A stretch of 64,000 nt of DNA. Origin: an uncultured Candidatus Actinomarina sp. (GTDB lineage Bacteria > Actinomycetota > Acidimicrobiia > Actinomarinales > Actinomarinaceae). The notes under the pieces are model-generated. The model saw only the letters and a program-made list of their open reading frames with translations, made no database searches and was not told the origin of the DNA. Position 1 is the first letter of the stretch, and the number at the start of each line of letters is the position of its first letter. The translations under genes were made by a program, and so were the position numbers. The DNA is taken from contig CACPJC010000002.1 in assembly GCA_902634185.1 (NCBI GenBank), forward strand, positions 128,001 to 192,000. The letters are read 5' to 3'. Shown here one piece after another: positions 44,268 through 53,412 of the stretch.

Positions 44268-46541
44268 GTGGATAATGAGGATACCTCATCTAAAAATAAT
44301 TTAAACCCGCAAGATCAATTAAATTACAAAAACAAGGCCAAAAATTTAGAATTTGTTAAAAACAATTCAAATATAAAAATTCCATACTTTAAAGAGATAG
44401 TTTCTGACGATTTTAAAAATATTGAAGACATTTTAAAAGAGTTTTCTAAACAAATAATTATTAGAAGCAATAGTTCAAAAGAAGATACAGATGAAACTTC
44501 AAGTGCAGGTAAATTTTTATCTATTGGCCCAATAGATAAAGACGATATATCACTCATTAAGAAATCATGGAATGAAGTTTTACAAAGCTATGAAAAAGAT
44601 GATAACAATACAGTTATTTTCCAAGACTATGTTGATGGAGCAAAAAGCGTATCAGTCCTTACATCGTATAAAGTAGGTACTGATTCTGCATATAGAACAT
44701 TTTCAACTTACTATGGATCTCAAACTGATGCAGTAACATCTGGTAAATACAACAAAATCAAAAATTTTTTTATTCATAGATCTTTGGATAATCTTCCTGA
44801 AAAATTTAAAGAATATTACAAATTTTTTAAAATACAAAATCAATTAGAGAATCTATTTGGAAATAAACAACTAGATATTGAAATAGTTACAGATGAGAAG
44901 GAAGAACCTTTATTACTTCAAGTAAGACCTTTAATGGGAAAATCAATAATAAAAGAACCCATAATGGTTGAAAGAAGTGTTATTGATGAAAATGTAAAAA
45001 GATACAAAGAATTAATTCCAACAACAGATGATCGATTTGGCACTAATCAAATATATAGCAATATGTCCGATATGAATCCAGCCGAAATGATTGGTAAGAA
45101 ACCGGATAATATTGCTTTTAGTCTTTACAGATTTATGTTCACTGATACAACGTGGAATAAACAGCGTGGAGAATTTGGATACAGAATTTATTCAGGAGGC
45201 AAATTGATGGAGCTATTTAACAATGTTGCATACATAAATGTGAACCATAGCTTAAATAGTTTTCTAACTCGAAATATAAAGGATGAAACATGTGAAAAAA
45301 TCATCAATTATCAGTTAAACAAATTAGAGACTTATCCACATCTTCATGATTCTATAGAGTTTGATATATCAAGGTCATCCTATACATTTGAAACAGATGA
45401 GAAATTTGGAGAAGAATATAAAAACATTATCGATAGAAAAGAGATTATTCAATGGCATCAAGATTTAATTGAAATTGACAGTTTTAACAGTTCTACACTT
45501 CATAAAAATAATGAATTAATTTTAAATGCATTTTCAAAGCTTAATGATAGCTTTCAATATTTAGACAAAGAAAATATAAAATTTGTTCGAGACAATATGG
45601 CATTGCCATTTACTCATCACTCAAGATTAGGATTTGTTTATTTTGCTCAATTAAACAACTTTCTGAAAAACGGAGTTATTACTGAAGAAGAAAAGAAAAA
45701 CCTACTACTTTCTGTAAATTCAATAAGTACGAAAATGAAACAGGATGCTTACAGGGTAAAGACAGGAGATATAAGTCTGAATGACTTTTTGAGTATCTAT
45801 GGACATGTAAGGGCAGGACACTACAACCTATCTTCTACAAATTTAAAAAGCAATATATCTTTTGCTGAGTCACTAATCAACACAAGTAATCAGCCAGTTC
45901 AAAGTGAACCATTGAAAATTGATATATTTAAGAAAATTGACGATTATTTTAATTTAAATAAAATTTCTTATACATCTGAGAGCTGGGTAGAAATGTTTCA
46001 GCTAGCAGTTTCCACTAGAGAAAACTCAAAGTTTTACTACACAAAAGGAATAGATGGTATTTTAAGTGAAGTTGAAGAGAAAGACATCTCCGATCGTGAA
46101 CTCTTCCAGCTACTTGATTTCGAATATAACGACATTAATACTTGTAACCAAAAGATTAGAGACACTCTAATGCCTGATGTAGTAACTAGCTCAGATGATT
46201 TCTATGCATATGAAGAGATGAATAAAGATGGAAATTATATTGGACAAGGGACAGTTAGTGGAGAAATTCTATTTTTAGATGGCATTGAAAACAACAGAAA
46301 TAACTTAGATAATAAAATAATCGTTATTCCAGCAGCAGATCCAGGATGGGATTGGATTTTTAATTACAAAATAAAATCATTGATTACTGAATTTGGAGGT
46401 CCAAATTCACATATGGCCATAAGATGTGCTGAGCATAATATCCCTGCAATTTTGGGGATCGGAGAAAAAAATTTTTCAGCTATTTTAAATTCAAAGAACT
46501 TAGTAGTCGATTTTTCGAACGAAAATTTTACAATCTTATAA
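44268..46541 (+). CDS. PEP-utilising/dikinase-fold enzyme, similar to L-glutamine kinase Cj1418
   Basis: IRSNS..ED...SAGKF, LDIE, LQVRP, MSDMNPAEMIG, ADPGWDWIF..GGPNSHMAIR. Confidence 0.72.
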   Translation: MDNEDTSSKNNLNPQDQLNYKNKAKNLEFVKNNSNIKIPYFKEIVSDDFKNIEDILKEFSKQIIIRSNSSKEDTDETSSAGKFLSIGPIDKDDISLIKKSWNEVLQSYEKDDNNTVIFQDYVDGAKSVSVLTSYKVGTDSAYRTFSTYYGSQTDAVTSGKYNKIKNFFIHRSLDNLPEKFKEYYKFFKIQNQLENLFGNKQLDIEIVTDEKEEPLLLQVRPLMGKSIIKEPIMVERSVIDENVKRYKELIPTTDDRFGTNQIYSNMSDMNPAEMIGKKPDNIAFSLYRFMFTDTTWNKQRGEFGYRIYSGGKLMELFNNVAYINVNHSLNSFLTRNIKDETCEKIINYQLNKLETYPHLHDSIEFDISRSSYTFETDEKFGEEYKNIIDRKEIIQWHQDLIEIDSFNSSTLHKNNELILNAFSKLNDSFQYLDKENIKFVRDNMALPFTHHSRLGFVYFAQLNNFLKNGVITEEEKKNLLLSVNSISTKMKQDAYRVKTGDISLNDFLSIYGHVRAGHYNLSSTNLKSNISFAESLINTSNQPVQSEPLKIDIFKKIDDYFNLNKISYTSESWVEMFQLAVSTRENSKFYYTKGIDGILSEVEEKDISDRELFQLLDFEYNDINTCNQKIRDTLMPDVVTSSDDFYAYEEMNKDGNYIGQGTVSGEILFLDGIENNRNNLDNKIIVIPAADPGWDWIFNYKIKSLITEFGGPNSHMAIRCAEHNIPAILGIGEKNFSAILNSKNLVVDFSNENFTIL

Positions 46542-46546
46542 AAACT

Positions 46547-47626
46547 TTAGATGAAATTTTGAAATTCTTTTTCAAAAAGTTCTGGCTCCAAAAGAAAACA
46601 ATCATGGCCCTTTGTTGAATTTATAACTTTTACACTTGTTTTAATACCATTTTCTTTTAAAACATTTTCAAATTCAACTTGTTCCTCAGGATAAAAACAA
46701 ACATCTGAATCAACGGAAATAATCAAAACGTTTATGTTCCCTAACTTTTTTATCTCCTCAGTGTCAATATAAAAATTTTGCCACCCTTTAATTATGGAAT
46801 TGTAAGACTCCGGAGTAAACCTCTCAATAAATTTCTCACCTTGGTGCATCATGTAAGACTCTTGAGAAGTAGATAAAAATCCTTCAAGAAAGTTTTTATC
46901 GTACTTACTTTCATCTTTTGCTCTACTTGATAGTAACTCAAGTGAAATATAGGTTTTATGCGCAATCATTCTTGCTAGTGATAAGTATTCAGCTTCTCTT
47001 CCGTTTGAGCTTTTTGCAAGATCTAATATATATGCTTGTTCAAGATTATGTAGCAATTGGATTGTAGACAGTCTATACCCACTTGAAATTGATATTAAAT
47101 TTTTGACGTAGTCCGGATATAAAAGAGAAAATTCAAGAGCCATCAAACCTCCTATTGATGGACCAATCACAGCCTCTAAAGAGACAACACCCAAATCATC
47201 CAACAATAGTTTTTGAGAGATTTCTATATCTTTAAATGAAATAAAAGGAAAGTCATCACCATATATTCCCCCCGTCTTTATATTTATTGAGTTTGGCCCT
47301 GTAGATCCATAACAGCCACCAAGATAATTTGCACACACTACAAAGTATTTATTTGTATCAATAATTTTATTTGGCCCTACAAATTCATCCCACCAACCAA
47401 TTTCTAGTTCATCGTTCCATGGAATATCGAGATTGTCCTCTTTTTTATAATTTCCTGCCAGCATATGACTTCCAGTCAGTGCATGAAAAATTAAAATGGC
47501 ATTGTCACCTTTTTCGGACAAAGTTCCATAGGTCGTATAAGCAATCTCTACATTCTCAAGCAGCTCACCCGATTCAAGTTTAAGTTGTGGAATGTAAAAC
47601 TTGCTTGTTTTATCTTGTACTTTCAA
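46547..47626 (-). CDS. metX: homoserine O-acetyltransferase
   Basis: HALTG, GGCYGSTGP, GPSIGG, GHDCFL; TTG 47626 likely start. Confidence 0.9.
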   Translation of the reverse strand: MKVQDKTSKFYIPQLKLESGELLENVEIAYTTYGTLSEKGDNAILIFHALTGSHMLAGNYKKEDNLDIPWNDELEIGWWDEFVGPNKIIDTNKYFVVCANYLGGCYGSTGPNSINIKTGGIYGDDFPFISFKDIEISQKLLLDDLGVVSLEAVIGPSIGGLMALEFSLLYPDYVKNLISISSGYRLSTIQLLHNLEQAYILDLAKSSNGREAEYLSLARMIAHKTYISLELLSSRAKDESKYDKNFLEGFLSTSQESYMMHQGEKFIERFTPESYNSIIKGWQNFYIDTEEIKKLGNINVLIISVDSDVCFYPEEQVEFENVLKENGIKTSVKVINSTKGHDCFLLEPELFEKEFQNFI

Positions 47627-48890
47627 GTGCTTGTGATAAGTCTTCAATGATATCTTCAATATCTTCGATACCAATTGAAAGTCTAACTAATTCTGGTGGA
47701 GCCCCAGCAGCAACAAGTTGCTCATCATCTAGTTGAGAGTGAGTAGTCGACGCTGGATGTATAGCCAAAGACCGAGTGTCTCCAACATTTGCAACATGTC
47801 TAAACATCTTTAAGTTATCAATAAACTTTTGCCCTGCATCCTTCCCACCTTTAATTCCAAATACGACCATAGTTCCACCAGTGCCTTTTAAGTATTTTTC
47901 AGAAAGTTCGTATGCTGGATCATCTTTAAGTCCAGGATATCTTATCCACTCAACAAGCTCATGGTCTGATAAGTACTCAGCTGCCTTTATTGCATTTTCA
48001 CAATGTCTATCCATTCTTAGGCCAAGAGTCTCGAGACCACTCATTACTTCAAATGCAGTTTCTGGAGACATATTTGCTCCTAGATTTCTTAAAGGTACAG
48101 TTCTTAACCTTAGTGAGTACGCAACACTGCTTAAGTCTCCTAAGTCATGTCCCCATCTCATACCGCCATAGCTGGTATCTGGTTTGTCATATAAAGGAAA
48201 ATTACCATTTCCCCAATCAAATCCACCTTTTTCAATGACTGCACCAGCAATTACACGTCCGTGGCCTGACATCCATTTAGTTAATGAATAAACAACAATA
48301 TCTGCACCAAATTCAAAAGATTTTTGAATAGCAGAAGTTGTAAATGTAGCATCAACAATTAATGGAATTCCTTTTGAATGTGCAATTTCAGATAATGCCG
48401 TCACATCAGCTACAACTAAACCAGGATTTGTTATAGTTTCACAATAGATAGCTCTTGTTTTGTCATCAATCGCATCTTCAACAGCTTTGAGATCAGTGAT
48501 ATCAACTTTTTTAGAATCTATCCCATACTCAGGTAAAATATTATCGAACATAGTGTAGGTACCACCATAAAGTTGGTTTGCAGTAACAAAATTATCACCT
48601 TGACTCATTATGTTTATAAGTGAGTACATTACAGCAGACGTACCAGAAGATAAAGCTACACACATAGCACCTTCTTCAAGGTCTGTAAGCCTTGCCTCCA
48701 ATGCACCTACGGTTGGATTGCCTAATCGAGAATAGATATTACCAAACTCTTTTAGACCAAATAAGCTTGCTGCATGTTCAGTATTGTTGAACTGATAAGC
48801 AGTTGTTTTATATATAGGTACTGTTATCGATCCTTCTGGATTAGCATCAGAATCATACCCTGCATGAATAAGTTTTGAATTAAACTTCAT
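47610..48890 (-). CDS. metY: O-acetylhomoserine sulfhydrylase
   Basis: IYSRLGNPT, SLTKWMSGHG, ANVGDTRSLAIHPASTTH. Confidence 0.93.
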   Translation of the reverse strand: MKFNSKLIHAGYDSDANPEGSITVPIYKTTAYQFNNTEHAASLFGLKEFGNIYSRLGNPTVGALEARLTDLEEGAMCVALSSGTSAVMYSLINIMSQGDNFVTANQLYGGTYTMFDNILPEYGIDSKKVDITDLKAVEDAIDDKTRAIYCETITNPGLVVADVTALSEIAHSKGIPLIVDATFTTSAIQKSFEFGADIVVYSLTKWMSGHGRVIAGAVIEKGGFDWGNGNFPLYDKPDTSYGGMRWGHDLGDLSSVAYSLRLRTVPLRNLGANMSPETAFEVMSGLETLGLRMDRHCENAIKAAEYLSDHELVEWIRYPGLKDDPAYELSEKYLKGTGGTMVVFGIKGGKDAGQKFIDNLKMFRHVANVGDTRSLAIHPASTTHSQLDDEQLVAAGAPPELVRLSIGIEDIEDIIEDLSQALESTR

Positions 48891-48917
48891 AAATTTTCTC
48901 CTTTTTTGGAGAAGGAT

Positions 48918-49006
48918 TTTGACTATTTAGTTGCATTTCTGCCACATTTTCTAGCACCTTGGATAGTCATCCAGGTTGCCGAGGTCTTAACCTTCTCTTT
49001 ATGCTT
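48918..49006 (-). promoter_or_regulatory. SAM-I/IV riboswitch
   Basis: Minus strand GCATAAAGAG..AGACCTCGGCAACC-TGGATGACTATCCA-AGGTGC; loop TGACTA complementary to downstream TAGTCA (pseudoknot); upstream of metY. Confidence 0.85.
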
Positions 49007-49083
49007 ATTAAATTATAACAAAATTTTTTATATTTAAATAAAATTTTTAGTTTTAATTCTTTTTTATAGAATAATATTTAACA

Positions 49084-49911
49084 GTGAATCAACATATATC
49101 ATTTTCAAACTATTCAGACGATAAAGATTTTAAAAATCTATTTACAAGCAATGAAATCTTTGATGAACAAATTAGTGAAACCAATAAGATTTTATTTAGA
49201 ATACCAAATGATTTTTCTCAGATTGACAATCTAATTCTCACGTATGATGGACAAAATTTATTCGACTCATCAAAAAGTCATTTTGGAACAATATTTGATT
49301 TGGAAAACATATTACAAACTATTGAGAATGAATTCAAAAATAATTTTTTAATTATCGGAATCACTTCTAATAAAAAAAGACACATTCAATACAATCCTTA
49401 TCCAAAGGAAAATGAAATTAATCATGCTGAAACACATATTAAGAATATAGTTTCGAATTTTTTGCCATCTGTTTTGAATTACTTGAATGTTAATTTTGAA
49501 AACACAAATCAAATTGTTTTAGGAGCATCAATGGGTGGTCTTATGTCAATCAAAACTTCCATATTGTTTCCTCAATTTAGAAATATAATTTCTCTATCTC
49601 CTGCATTTTGGTTTGGATACCCCAGAGTTTTATATGATGTAAAAAATTTATCTAATGAATCATCCACATATCTCTATACAGGAAAAAAAGAGGGACATAT
49701 TTTCGGTGATCACGTAAAAAATATTTTTTCAAACGACTGGGATTTAGATTTTTCAAATAATGATGACTTTTATTATTCAGGCGTTAAAAAGATTGAAGAT
49801 TCACTTAAATCTAATAACAAAAAAGTAATATTTTCATACCAAGAAAATGGACATCATAATGAAACTTCATGGGCGACGGCTGTACTTGACATTCTTGGGA
49901 AATTAATATGA
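49084..49911 (+). CDS. putative esterase (alpha/beta hydrolase)
   Basis: DGQNLF, GASMGG, SPAFW, HNETSW. Confidence 0.85.
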   Translation: MNQHISFSNYSDDKDFKNLFTSNEIFDEQISETNKILFRIPNDFSQIDNLILTYDGQNLFDSSKSHFGTIFDLENILQTIENEFKNNFLIIGITSNKKRHIQYNPYPKENEINHAETHIKNIVSNFLPSVLNYLNVNFENTNQIVLGASMGGLMSIKTSILFPQFRNIISLSPAFWFGYPRVLYDVKNLSNESSTYLYTGKKEGHIFGDHVKNIFSNDWDLDFSNNDDFYYSGVKKIEDSLKSNNKKVIFSYQENGHHNETSWATAVLDILGKLI

Positions 49912-50174
49912 AACTTATTGGCACCTCATTTCAAATCAAGGTCTGGAAAGAAATAATCAAAATTCCAAAAGGTAAAACAAAAACTTACAAAGAGATTGCT
50001 ATTAATATCGGACATCCAAATAGTGCAAGAGCAGTTGCAAATGCTTGTGGAAAAAATCCTTATCCTGGAACTATTCCCTGTCATAGGGTTGTTAGATCTG
50101 ATGGAAAAATAGGTGGATATAGTGGGCCTGGGGGAGTAACTCAAAAGAAAAAGCTTTTGCAAGAAGAAAACTGA
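49908..50174 (+). CDS. ogt: O6-methylguanine-DNA methyltransferase, minimal form
   Basis: ARAVA, PCHRV active site. Confidence 0.9.
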   Translation: MKLIGTSFQIKVWKEIIKIPKGKTKTYKEIAINIGHPNSARAVANACGKNPYPGTIPCHRVVRSDGKIGGYSGPGGVTQKKKLLQEEN

Positions 50175-50176
50175 AG

Positions 50177-50251
50177 TGGGCCTAGTTAGATTTGAACTAA
50201 CGACCTCATCCTTATCAGGGATGCGCTCTAACCAGGCTGAGCTATAGGCCC
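50177..50251 (-). tRNA. tRNA-Ile(GAT)
   Basis: GGGCCTATAGCTCAG...CATCC-CTGATAA-GGATG...GTTCAAATC...TAGGCCCA. Confidence 0.96.
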
Positions 50252-50340
50252 TTATGCTCTATCTACATTAGTAATGAATGTGAAATATTTCTAAAATTTT
50301 TTCATTTACGAGCAAATCAAGGGCATAATATATGTTGCGA

Positions 50341-50413
50341 GGGGATGTAGCTCAGCTGGAAGAGCACCTGCTTTGCAAGCAGGGGGTCGTGGGTTCAAGT
50401 CCCATCATCTCCA
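50341..50413 (+). tRNA. tRNA-Ala(TGC)
   Basis: GGGGATGTAGCTCAG...CCTGC-TTTGCAA-GCAGG...CATCTCCA. Confidence 0.96.
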
Positions 50414-50433
50414 CAATAAGGTAACCTTATAAT

Positions 50434-50619
50434 ATGGATAGAAAAGACTTTGAAAATTTATCTGAAAGTGAATTAAGACAACTTAAAGAGTCTATAGATG
50501 ACGTACTAGAAGAAAAAAGATATAGGGAGTCTTACCTAAAAACTAATCCTAAAGGTGTAGCAATTGCATGGGTTGTTGTTGCAGTAATAATATCTGTGTA
50601 TAGATATTTAACAATCTAA
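50434..50619 (+). CDS. small protein with C-terminal TM
   Basis: 61 aa; stop overlaps the next start. Confidence 0.6.
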   Translation: MDRKDFENLSESELRQLKESIDDVLEEKRYRESYLKTNPKGVAIAWVVVAVIISVYRYLTI

Positions 50620-50852
50620 TGGAATATTTAATAGCATTTTTTATTGGTGTTGTTATATTTCGTTTTTTAAAAAATTCTATAGGATCATTAGCAAGTGTAC
50701 CTCCTGAAATCGATCCCACAGATGTTTTAGAAACATCCCAGTCATTTTTATGCAAAGCATGTGGAACAGAGCTAACAGTAAAATTACAATCTGTTGTTGC
50801 TAATGAACCTCCAAAACATTGTAAAGAAGAAATGACCCCAATAGAAAATTGA
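50619..50852 (+). CDS. small membrane-anchored protein with CxxC..HC metal-binding motif
   Basis: N-terminal TM, CKACG...PPKHCKEEM. Confidence 0.7.
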   Translation: MEYLIAFFIGVVIFRFLKNSIGSLASVPPEIDPTDVLETSQSFLCKACGTELTVKLQSVVANEPPKHCKEEMTPIEN

Positions 50853-52306
50853 CTTTTTCAAGAAATAATCAAATTAATAAATTAAAAAATAATGATGAAT
50901 ATGATCTTTTTATCATTGGGGGAGGAATTGTTGGGGCTGCCACTCTTACTATTGCCTCAAATGCAGGGCTAAATGTCTTACTTGTTGATAAAAACGACTT
51001 TGCATCGGGAGCGTCAAGCAGAAGTACCAAGCTATTACATGGTGGCATAAGATATTTACCACAGCTTCAGTTTTCTTTAGTTAAAGAAAGCTTAAATGAG
51101 CAGAAAATATTAAAAAAAAGATTAGGCTCTCTTTACAGGCCACTAAAACTACTTGCACCAATTTATAAAAATGATGGATTTGCAGATCTACCTAAAATTT
51201 TTCAGAAAAATTATATAGCATCTTATGCGTTCAAGTTAGGTCTGTTCTTTTATGATTTTTTAGGAGGAAGAAAGAAATCAGAAAAACATAAGAATATCTC
51301 AAAAAAAAATACATTTGTCTTATTTCCAAAGCTAAGAAAAGTTAATTTAAAGAAAAGTTTTATCTTCCAAGACGCACAAACTGATGATTCAAAGCTTGTA
51401 CTTTCTCTTTTAAGAACAGCTGTTGAAATAAATAATTCCACGGCTATCAATTATTTAAATGTAAAAAATATATATAAAAAAAATAAGTTTTATGAAATAC
51501 AATTATGTTGTGAATTAACGGGAGTCGAATATTCAGTTTTCGCAAAAAAAATAATTGCAGCATCAGGAGTTCATAACTTACCCGGTGATTATAAAGAAGT
51601 TTCTATAAAACTAAAGATGAGCGGGGGAGCACATTTAGTTTTAAAGGGTGACCCTCTAGACATCAACAACAATGGTGTTTTTCTACCTAAGACTGAAGAT
51701 GAGAGAGTAATGTTCGTTTTACCTTGGAACGGAAACACAATAGTCGGTACTACTGATACTGAAAAATTTTCTGGAACAAAAGACAACCCTTACGCATCAA
51801 AAGAAGAGATTGATTATTTGATACGACATGTTAAAAAATATTTTGATATCGAAAAACTTGAATATATTTCAAGTTGGTCTGGTATCAGAGCTCTGATAGA
51901 TGATAAAAACAACTCTACAAAAAAAATTATGAGAGGACATATTATTGAAGAGGTTGACAAAAACTTTATACAAATTGCAGGCGGAAAATTAACGGGTTTT
52001 AGATTAATTGCAATTGAAGCGTTGAGTAAATTGTTCAATAAAAAGTTTGAGTTACAAAATATCGAATACCAAGATCAAATAATTAATTATCAAAATTACT
52101 ATAACTTATCCGATCTTGAGCATTCAATTAAACATTATTGTGTTGCCACACCAGTTGATTATCTCTTAAGAAGAACAAATATAGGATGGTTTAGTGAAGA
52201 TAGTGGTAAGGTCTCAATTAAAGAGATTGAAAGTCATACAAATTTTCAAGATATTGAATTTGATAGTTTTGAATACTTAAAAAAAGAAGGATTGTTAATT
52301 ATCTAG
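50849..52306 (+). CDS. glpD: FAD-dependent glycerol-3-phosphate dehydrogenase
   Basis: IGGGIVG, DFASGASSRSTKLLHGGIRYL, GTTD, GGKLT. Confidence 0.9.
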   Translation: MTFSRNNQINKLKNNDEYDLFIIGGGIVGAATLTIASNAGLNVLLVDKNDFASGASSRSTKLLHGGIRYLPQLQFSLVKESLNEQKILKKRLGSLYRPLKLLAPIYKNDGFADLPKIFQKNYIASYAFKLGLFFYDFLGGRKKSEKHKNISKKNTFVLFPKLRKVNLKKSFIFQDAQTDDSKLVLSLLRTAVEINNSTAINYLNVKNIYKKNKFYEIQLCCELTGVEYSVFAKKIIAASGVHNLPGDYKEVSIKLKMSGGAHLVLKGDPLDINNNGVFLPKTEDERVMFVLPWNGNTIVGTTDTEKFSGTKDNPYASKEEIDYLIRHVKKYFDIEKLEYISSWSGIRALIDDKNNSTKKIMRGHIIEEVDKNFIQIAGGKLTGFRLIAIEALSKLFNKKFELQNIEYQDQIINYQNYYNLSDLEHSIKHYCVATPVDYLLRRTNIGWFSEDSGKVSIKEIESHTNFQDIEFDSFEYLKKEGLLII

Positions 52307-52563
52307 TTATATTTTGTTGTCATAATAAAACCAATACCGATACAACCTAGCCCACTCCATAGATACCACCTTGATACTGAACCAGGCAAAAGTGTAAGAT
52401 AATTTAACACTATAAGTAAAACTCCAATAATCATTAAAGAAGACATTGTTATTACAAACCATCTTGGTGATGGACCGCTAACATCTGACATTTGTGAAGA
52501 TAGCTTTTTAGACTTTGTAGGCCCACTGTTCTTATTTCTATTTCTTTTCTTTGAGACAGGCAT
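52303..52563 (-). CDS. crgA: cell division protein CrgA
   Basis: MPVSKKR, SPRWF, two TM, GFIMTT. Confidence 0.9.
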   Translation of the reverse strand: MPVSKKRNRNKNSGPTKSKKLSSQMSDVSGPSPRWFVITMSSLMIIGVLLIVLNYLTLLPGSVSRWYLWSGLGCIGIGFIMTTKYN

Positions 52564-52581
52564 ATTTAAAAAATACTATCG

Positions 52582-53412
52582 CTAAGAGCTAATTTCAATC
52601 AATTTCTTATTCTTTATGTTTACCAATCCCTCATCAGCAAGCTTTTTGATAATCGGCTTAATTTTTGAATCTTCTATTTCTAATGCTTTGTTTAAGCTAG
52701 AAATCTCAACATTTTCATTATTTATTAAATATTTAATTATCTTTCCACGAATTTCTCTACTTGAACCTTTAAATGCTGATTGGGCATGTTTAGTATCCTG
52801 AAAAAATTTTTTACAATTTGGTTCAAGTAAACAAGAATCGCATAAAGGATTTTTTGATTTACAAATTTTTGAACCAAAATCCATTAAAGCTTCGTTAAAT
52901 TTCCTAGATTGTATGTTTTTCAGTATAATTTTTTCGTTTTCCTCAATAAAACTCTCTGGATTTTTAATCCCAAAAAATCTACTAAAAATTCTTATAACAT
53001 TGGTGTCTTGGGCAATTACTTTTTCTTTATAAGCAAAAGACAGTATGGCATTCTTAGTATATTTTCCAACTCCTGGAAGTATCTCAAAATTTGGGTAGAT
53101 TGAGTTAAATGATTTTTTAGATAAAATCTTTGACGCCTCGTGAAGCCTTAATGCTCTACTGTTATAACCTAAACCTGACCATAAACTAAGTATCTCCTTT
53201 TTTGTAACGATTGACATTTCTTTTGGGGTAGGAAATCTTTTTATGAATTTCTCATAATAAAAATTTGCCCTATCAAGCTGTGTTTGTTGTGCAATAATCT
53301 CTAATAATAAAATTTTCCATGGATCATTAGAATCTCTCCAGGAATATTCTCTCTTGTTTTTTTTAGACCACTTTAATAATTCTTGTTTGAATAAATTAAT
53401 TTTATTCATCAA
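52582..53412 (-). CDS. mutY: A/G-specific adenine glycosylase (short form)
   Basis: EIIAQQT, WSGLGYNSRA, LPGVGKYT, DTNV, FeS motif C-x6-C-x2-C-x5-C. Confidence 0.9.
   Translation of the reverse strand: MMNKINLFKQELLKWSKKNKREYSWRDSNDPWKILLLEIIAQQTQLDRANFYYEKFIKRFPTPKEMSIVTKKEILSLWSGLGYNSRALRLHEASKILSKKSFNSIYPNFEILPGVGKYTKNAILSFAYKEKVIAQDTNVIRIFSRFFGIKNPESFIEENEKIILKNIQSRKFNEALMDFGSKICKSKNPLCDSCLLEPNCKKFFQDTKHAQSAFKGSSREIRGKIIKYLINNENVEISSLNKALEIEDSKIKPIIKKLADEGLVNIKNKKLIEISS

Noticed and set aside
21091-50176. Prophage or integrative element at tRNA-Ile
   Set aside because: No integrase, phage genes or duplicated tRNA 3' end seen; composition matches the flanks by eye
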